A DNA stretch of 64,000 nucleotides, taken from assembly GCA_031962025.1 (NCBI GenBank), contig JAVRKW010000008.1. One strand, given 5' to 3'. Positions 59,701 to 64,000 of the stretch are shown piece by piece. Below the pieces are notes generated by a model. That model ran no database searches and was not told where the DNA came from. It saw only the letters and a program-made list of their open reading frames with translations. A program made the translations under genes and the position numbers. The stretch is from Pseudothermotoga sp. (GTDB lineage Bacteria; Thermotogota; Thermotogae; Thermotogales; DSM-5069). Each line of letters starts with the position of its first letter. Within the stretch, counting starts at the first letter, position 1.

Positions 59701-60221
59701 CTGACTGGCAAGAAATGTGCAACGTATATGGGTGCATTCACCTGAGTTTTTGGAATCTCATCCACAAAATAAACACCAGGTGCTCTCACCAGTTGGCTTA
59801 CTACAACTCTTTCGGCTCCGTTGATGATGAAGGTACCGTTCTGAGTCATGTAAGGTATCGAACCGAGGAACGCATCGTCCTGACGCATCTCACCACTGTT
59901 AACATCTGTAATTCTCACTGTTGCATAAACAGGAACCGTGTAAGTTAATCCCTTCTGTTTGCATTCCTCAACTGGTGCATTTGGTTCTCCTATCTTGGTC
60001 GAGACGAATTCCAGTAAAAGTCCCTTTTCACCTCTTTTTAAGTCACCTTTATGTGGTTGAGAACTGATCGGAGAGAATTTCTTGAGGACTTCCATTATGC
60101 CATTCTCTAAGAAATCTCTGTAGGAATCGATCTGCATGGATATGAGGTTAGGTACCTTTACTGCGTCCTGTATGCGACCGAAGGTGAGTCGTTCCCTTCT
60201 TCCATATCGAACGGTTCGCAT
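56703..60221 (-). CDS. rpoB: RNA polymerase beta subunit
   Basis: [66 protein letters not shown]. Confidence 0.98.
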   Translation of the reverse strand: MRTVRYGRRERLTFGRIQDAVKVPNLISMQIDSYRDFLENGIMEVLKKFSPISSQPHKGDLKRGEKGLLLEFVSTKIGEPNAPVEECKQKGLTYTVPVYATVRITDVNSGEMRQDDAFLGSIPYMTQNGTFIINGAERVVVSQLVRAPGVYFVDEIPKTQVNAPIYVAHFLPVRGAWLEILYHTAENMFYARIDRKRRINLFLLFKALGYEDNLKILELFPEQIDADDEYTMEKAVGSIILQDVVIDGEKVVEKGGVLTKAAAKAILESKLSTIVRAHPAAQKTLEKMIDSYGEVDSDKAHMEIFRKLKPGEIPRVNAARAYLAGLYFNTERFELSDVGRYKINKRLNQAYKKYLVQIEGVPEKEAEKRDYESTDPVLTTLDIVLATRYLLDVSRNPEIMDTKDHLGNKRVRTVGELIRLEFERAFSRAQRLIQERLTLYNSLDKISVQSLINVKTIIASINQFFATSPLSQFMEQVNPLAELTHKRRLTAVGPGGLKRERARFEVRDVHHSHYGRMCPIETPEGANIGLITSLAVYADLDKFGFLTTPYRKVVNGRVTDQIVYLTADEEEHYNIAPCTVKVDKDGNIVDEKVPVRFMERVQYVDRERVQFMDVSTKQIVSVSTALIPFLEHDDANRALMGSNMQRQAVPLVKPEAPFVATGIEYDAALYSGYVVLAKHDGIVRKVDARRIVIERIDKDGKPVVKDGKPVLDEYHLMKFIRTNQDTTVNQRPIVNIGDVVKAGDVIADGPATDMGELALGKNVLVAFMPWEGYNFEDAILVSEELLEEDAFTSVHIEVYETQARDTRLGPEEITVDIPNVSKELLRNLDENGIVRVGAYVGPQDILVGKVTPKGEGETTPEEKIIRSVFGERGKDVKDTSLRLPHGTDGRVIDVKVFDKEDVADLGAGVNKLVKVYVACRKTLEVGDKLAGRHGNKGVVSKILPKEDMPFLPDGTPVQIVLSPLGVPSRMNVGQILETHLGWLAKLTNNWFATPVFDGAKENEILPWLYEERRVLGLDEGDSEQETTGKVVLRDGRTGEPFAEPIVVGCIYMMKLIHIAKDKIHARATGPYSLIHQQPLGGKAQFGGQRFGEMEVWALEAHGAAHTLNEMLTIKSDDIKGRNEVYKAILKGKNIPEPGIPESFRVLIKELRGLALDVRVFDESGNEVDIDRV

Positions 60222-60315
60222 CAAATCACCCCATTTTGTGGTAAAATCTTCTCAGGAGCAAAAAGACAAGAAAAACACAGAGTAGCAGAGACACCAAAAT
60301 ATGTTAACACAAAAC

Positions 60316-60344
60316 AACCTATACCAGCGTAGCTGGTATAGGTT
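60316..60344 (-). terminator. 13-bp perfect stem-loop between rplL and rpoB (terminator/attenuator)
   Basis: AACCTATACCAGC-3 nt-GCTGGTATAGGTT followed by a U-rich run on the minus strand. Confidence 0.75.
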
Positions 60345-60382
60345 TGATACATATTTTTTGCCATCAAGAAAAGCTATTCACA

Positions 60383-60775
60383 TTACTTCAAAGTAACCTC
60401 TGCTCCTGCCTCTTCAAGTTTCTTTTTCATGTCCTCTGCTTCATTCTTTGGTACACCGCTTTTAACAATAGCATCGGGGCTTCCTGCTTTTTCAACAAGG
60501 TCCTTTGCTTCTTTCAAACCGAGTCCTGTTATTTCCCTTATTACCTTGATAACTCCTATCTTGTTTGCACCAAAGCTCTTCAGTATCACATCAAATTCGT
60601 TCTTCTCTTCGGCTTGAGCCTGTGGAGCGGCACCCGCAGCTGGAGCAGCAACAGCAGCAACTGCAACAGGAGCAGCCGCTGTGACACCGAATTTTTCCTC
60701 AAGAGCCTTGACAAGCTGAGCAAGCTCAGCAACTGTTAACTTTTCAATTGCCTCAACAATTTGTTCTACAGTCAT
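60383..60775 (-). CDS. rplL: 50S ribosomal protein L7/L12
   Basis: [15 protein letters not shown], Ala-rich hinge, [12 protein letters not shown]. Confidence 0.97.
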   Translation of the reverse strand: MTVEQIVEAIEKLTVAELAQLVKALEEKFGVTAAAPVAVAAVAAPAAGAAPQAQAEEKNEFDVILKSFGANKIGVIKVIREITGLGLKEAKDLVEKAGSPDAIVKSGVPKNEAEDMKKKLEEAGAEVTLK

Positions 60776-60790
60776 TTTACCACACCTCCA

Positions 60791-61333
60791 CTATTGTGAT
60801 TTCTTTTCTTTCACAGCGTTCAAAACGTATACGAGTTTTCTAATAGTTCCATTCAAGACATAAACCAGGTTGGTAATAGGTGCCTGCAGTCTTCCGAGTA
60901 CCATCGCGTAGAGTTCTTGTTTTGTCGGGAGATTTGCCAGACTGCTAACCTGTTCACCTTCAAACCATTTTCGCTCCAGATAGACACCCTTGAAGATCCC
61001 TTCAAGTTTTCTTTCTTTTGCAAATGAATTGATAATCTTTATTGCTTCGATTGGGTCATCGGAGCGAACATACAAAACCGCTGTTGGTCCAGCCAGAACT
61101 TTCTCAAACTCATTTGGATCATAACCAACTTCCGTCAGTGCTTTACCTATAAGTGTGTTTTTGGCAACAGTAAAATGAGCTTTTCTCTGATATTTGGAAT
61201 AAATCCTGCGTCTGATTTCTCTCATTGTTGCCACATTAAAACCCGTGTAGTTCACAAATAATATCATCGAAGAATCGCTGAATTCTTCTTTGAGTTTTTT
61301 CAATATCTGTTGCTTTTGCTCTTTTGTTATCAA
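60791..61333 (-). CDS. rplJ: 50S ribosomal protein L10 (TTG start at 61333)
   Basis: VAKNTL, GPTA, LANLPTKQEL; GGAGG SD before TTG. Confidence 0.95.
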   Translation of the reverse strand: MITKEQKQQILKKLKEEFSDSSMILFVNYTGFNVATMREIRRRIYSKYQRKAHFTVAKNTLIGKALTEVGYDPNEFEKVLAGPTAVLYVRSDDPIEAIKIINSFAKERKLEGIFKGVYLERKWFEGEQVSSLANLPTKQELYAMVLGRLQAPITNLVYVLNGTIRKLVYVLNAVKEKKSQ

Positions 61334-61352
61334 CTTCGCACCTCCTTCCAAC

Positions 61353-61465
61353 AAAAAAGGTCTCTTACCCAAGAAGAGACCCCACGCCACAAAAAGCGTA
61401 ATCTGTAACTTTGCCTCGGTAGGCGGGGAGTACCTCTTCTTATAACCTACTTTCTTCGGCGTTCT
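61353..61465 (-). promoter_or_regulatory. L10 leader (L10-(L12)n autoregulatory RNA) with downstream terminator hairpin
   Basis: CCGAAGAAAGTAGG...CCTACCGAGG kink-turn-type motif followed by GGTCTCTT/AAGAGACC plus a U tract. Confidence 0.75.
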
Positions 61466-61473
61466 TATTCACT

Positions 61474-62178
61474 TTACTTTGCCGCTTCAAGATCAGCCTG
61501 ATCGAGTTTTATTCCAACTCCCATCGTGGAAGTCACAACGACTTTCTTTATGAACTGTCCTTTGACTCCTGCTGGTCTGAGAGCTATTATCTGCTTATAA
61601 GCAGAAATCAGATTATCCTTCAGTTTGGAAACGTCAAAGGATCGCTTGCCGATTGGAACATGCAAACAACCGGTTTTGTCGCTTCGAACTTCTACTCTTC
61701 CCATTTTGAATTCTTTAACTGCTGACACAACATCTTCAGTCACAGTACCCGATTTTGGCGATGGCATCAAACCGCGCGGACCGAGTATCTTTCCCAGCTT
61801 ACCTATGGATTTCATCATGTCTGGTGTCGCTATAGCCACATCAAAATCCGTGAAATTCTCATTTGCTATCTTTTCAACCAGCTCATCGCCGCCAACATAA
61901 TCTGCCCCGGCTTTTTTTGCTTCTTCAGCCTTGTCACCCTTTGCAAAAACCAGAACTCTCACAGTTTTACCTGTTCCGTGCGGAAGTACAATTGTGCTAC
62001 GAACCTGCTGTTCTGGTCTTTTTGTATCTATGTTGGTTGACATGTGCAATTCTATGGTCTCATCGAACTTTGCCGTGGCTGTCTGCTTTACCAGGTCAAG
62101 GGCTTCGTCAATTTTATAAAACCGTGTTCTGTCAACTTTGCTTCTTATTTCCTGATATCTTCTGGAGTGCTTCGGCAT
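61474..62178 (-). CDS. rplA: 50S ribosomal protein L1
   Basis: [39 protein letters not shown]. Confidence 0.97.
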   Translation of the reverse strand: MPKHSRRYQEIRSKVDRTRFYKIDEALDLVKQTATAKFDETIELHMSTNIDTKRPEQQVRSTIVLPHGTGKTVRVLVFAKGDKAEEAKKAGADYVGGDELVEKIANENFTDFDVAIATPDMMKSIGKLGKILGPRGLMPSPKSGTVTEDVVSAVKEFKMGRVEVRSDKTGCLHVPIGKRSFDVSKLKDNLISAYKQIIALRPAGVKGQFIKKVVVTSTMGVGIKLDQADLEAAK

Positions 62179-62198
62179 ACGCCTCCTCCTTTCCAAAA

Positions 62199-62624
62199 TC
62201 ACTCTACTACTTCGATTCCCATGCTTCTGGCTGTGCCTTCAATTATCTTAACCGCTGCCTCAAGATCGTTGGCAGTCAGGTCGGGCATCTTTATCTTTGC
62301 AATTTCTTCTAACTGCTTTCTGGTGACTTTCCCGGCACTCTTTCGCTTTGTTTCACCAGAACCTTTTTCAAGTCCAGCGGCTTTTTTCAACAAAAACGAT
62401 GCTGGTGGTGTCTTGACAACAAAACTGAAAGATCTGTCTTCATAGACCGTTATGATAACCGGTAAAATCATACCGGCTTTGTCAGCAGTCTCGGCATTGA
62501 ACCTTTTACAAAATTCCATTATGTTGACTCCTCTCTGACCTAAAGCAGGTCCAACAGGAGGAGCAGGAGTTGCCTTACCAGCAGGAAGCTGCAACTTAAC
62601 TTCTGCAACAACCTTCTTTGCCAT
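62199..62624 (-). CDS. rplK: 50S ribosomal protein L11
   Basis: [31 protein letters not shown]. Confidence 0.98.
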   Translation of the reverse strand: MAKKVVAEVKLQLPAGKATPAPPVGPALGQRGVNIMEFCKRFNAETADKAGMILPVIITVYEDRSFSFVVKTPPASFLLKKAAGLEKGSGETKRKSAGKVTRKQLEEIAKIKMPDLTANDLEAAVKIIEGTARSMGIEVVE

Positions 62625-62641
62625 TCAGTTTCCCTCCTTTG

Positions 62642-62666
62642 GTGGTCTGGGAATATTCCCTCCCAC
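62642..62666 (-). promoter_or_regulatory. L1-binding translational operator upstream of rplK
   Basis: GTGG-GA-GGGAA-TA-TTCCC-AGA-CCAC hairpin with asymmetric internal loop, directly before the rplK SD. Confidence 0.7.
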
Positions 62667-63731
62667 TCATTGAATCTTCTCTACCTCTGAAGTCTTGACG
62701 GTTACCGGTGTTTCCCTTCCAAATATCGTAACTGCAACGCGCAGTTCTTGTTTTTCTGGATCTATCTCTTTAACCACTCCGGCGAAATCCTCAAATGGTC
62801 CTGAAGTTATTTTCACAACATCACCAACGTGAAAACCGAACTCAACTTTGACCGGTCTTGCTTTTTCTTCGTATGTCTCTAACCCCGCAAGCCTTAAAAT
62901 GGCACGGGCTTCTTTTGGTTTCAATTCCAGAGGCTGTCCACCAGACGAAACGAAATCTATTATATTCGGCACAGTCTTTGCAAATTGCCACGTATCATCG
63001 TTCATCATCATCTCAACGAAAATATATCCAGGAAACAATCTTCTTTTGTGAGTTTTGGCTATTCTAATCTCTTTTCGAGTCCCAAGATCCACTATCTCAA
63101 CACGACCACTTGAATCAGAATAGATTTTTCTGCCTTCTGCAAGAAGCTCCCCATTTTTTACTTTTTTACCTTTACTGACCTTTTGCGAGTCAAAAACTTC
63201 TAAAGGAATGTGATATACATCTATCTCTCCATCTTCTCTCTGAACTTCGACGCGTTTAACTCTTTCGTTTTCAACTATCTTTCCATCGAGTTCACATATA
63301 TACTCAAAATCCTTTGTCAATGGCATGCCCTGTTTTATACGAGCACCAACTTTTATACCAGTTTCAAGTTTTGATCCCTCTGGCAAAAAATAGGTTTTGG
63401 AATATTTTCTGTCTATAGTTTCAACAACAATTTTTCTGTAATTTCTGATGTTAACTATCGTACCACTGTGTCGAGCATGTATTGCCGGCTCTTCAGCGAG
63501 TAAATCACCTTTTTCAACATCAGAACCGTTTTTTACATTTATTTTTGCATTCAAAGAAACAGCATAGCGTTTCACAGACTTCGCAGTGGCATCGAGAATC
63601 GTTTCCTCTGGAACCAGTATTCTACCGAAAAAACGATCAGAACCTGTCGACTTTATCTTAGCCTCCAGGTTTTCCTTTGCTGCCTGTTCAAAACCCGCCA
63701 TGGTTCTCAAAATGAACCACTTTTTTCTCAC
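62667..63731 (-). CDS. nusG: Transcription elongation factor NusG with large Thermotogae-type insertion
   Basis: KWFIL, LFPGYIFVEM, KOW GDVVKITSGPFEDF, VTIFGRETPV. Confidence 0.95.
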   Translation of the reverse strand: MRKKWFILRTMAGFEQAAKENLEAKIKSTGSDRFFGRILVPEETILDATAKSVKRYAVSLNAKINVKNGSDVEKGDLLAEEPAIHARHSGTIVNIRNYRKIVVETIDRKYSKTYFLPEGSKLETGIKVGARIKQGMPLTKDFEYICELDGKIVENERVKRVEVQREDGEIDVYHIPLEVFDSQKVSKGKKVKNGELLAEGRKIYSDSSGRVEIVDLGTRKEIRIAKTHKRRLFPGYIFVEMMMNDDTWQFAKTVPNIIDFVSSGGQPLELKPKEARAILRLAGLETYEEKARPVKVEFGFHVGDVVKITSGPFEDFAGVVKEIDPEKQELRVAVTIFGRETPVTVKTSEVEKIQ

Positions 63732-63736
63732 ATATA

Positions 63737-63934
63737 TCACCCTATACCTAAAGCCTTAAGCAACGCCCTGATACTCCCTGAAAATAGCATATCGAGCAAG
63801 AAGAAATATACTCCCATCACAAGAAGTATCAAGATAACCACAGAAGTAGAGGTCAACAGCTCATTTCTATTGGGCCAATGAGTCTTTTTTGCTTCACTGA
63901 AAACTTCTTTGAAAAACTTTTTGATCTTTTCCAT
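63737..63934 (-). CDS. secE: Preprotein translocase subunit SecE
   Basis: FFKEV..E.KK.HWP..EL plus one TM; upstream of nusG. Confidence 0.93.
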   Translation of the reverse strand: MEKIKKFFKEVFSEAKKTHWPNRNELLTSTSVVILILLVMGVYFFLLDMLFSGSIRALLKALGIG

Positions 63935-63960
63935 CCGTATCCCTCCAGGATACAAAAAAT

Positions 63961-64000
63961 TGGCAGGGCCGGCAGGAGTCGAACCCGCAACCCCCGATTT
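63961..64000 (-). tRNA. tRNA 3' half (T-arm, acceptor stem, encoded CCA), likely tRNA-Trp; anticodon lies outside the window
   Basis: Minus strand ...GGGGGTTGCGGGTTCGACTCCTGCCGGCCCTGCCA; Trp identity inferred only from the position upstream of secE. Confidence 0.85.

Noticed and set aside
51724-63740. Oversized RpoC (1650 aa) and NusG (about 355 aa)
   Set aside because: Large insertions in these proteins are established Thermotogae features, not novel.
1-64000. CRISPR array, cas genes, tnpA transposase, prophage or rRNA
   Set aside because: No regularly spaced repeats, HUH transposase, phage genes or rRNA motifs were seen by eye.

Overview
A 64-kb chromosomal segment from a Thermotogae bacterium, probably Pseudothermotoga-like. 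The assignment is inferred from the insertion-bearing NusG and RpoC and the metG-gyrA-archease-lexA-STAS-rpiB gene order. Most of the window is housekeeping or metabolic: the secE-nusG-rplKAJL-rpoBC cluster, tldD/pmbA, dnaN, kamA, murJ, a type IV pilus/secretin operon, Ugp-type and amino-acid ABC transporters, a TctCBA-linked catabolic operon and a ferredoxin/AOR pair. Two things stand out. (1) A complete non-autonomous IS200/IS605-type IscB (OMEGA) element at about 16251-17878, with omega-RNA, intact RuvC and HNH motifs and both ends readable, so the empty site, guide and a GTAA(G) TAM can be predicted; a second orphan end remnant lies at about 6180-6224. (2) An unannotated structured leader at about 47599-47812 upstream of an amino-acid ABC transporter. 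It has a near-consensus promoter, an operator palindrome, a 35-aa uORF with tandem His codons, and mutually exclusive protector, antiterminator and terminator helices. No CRISPR array was seen. All calls come from reading motifs by eye; no database searches were run.
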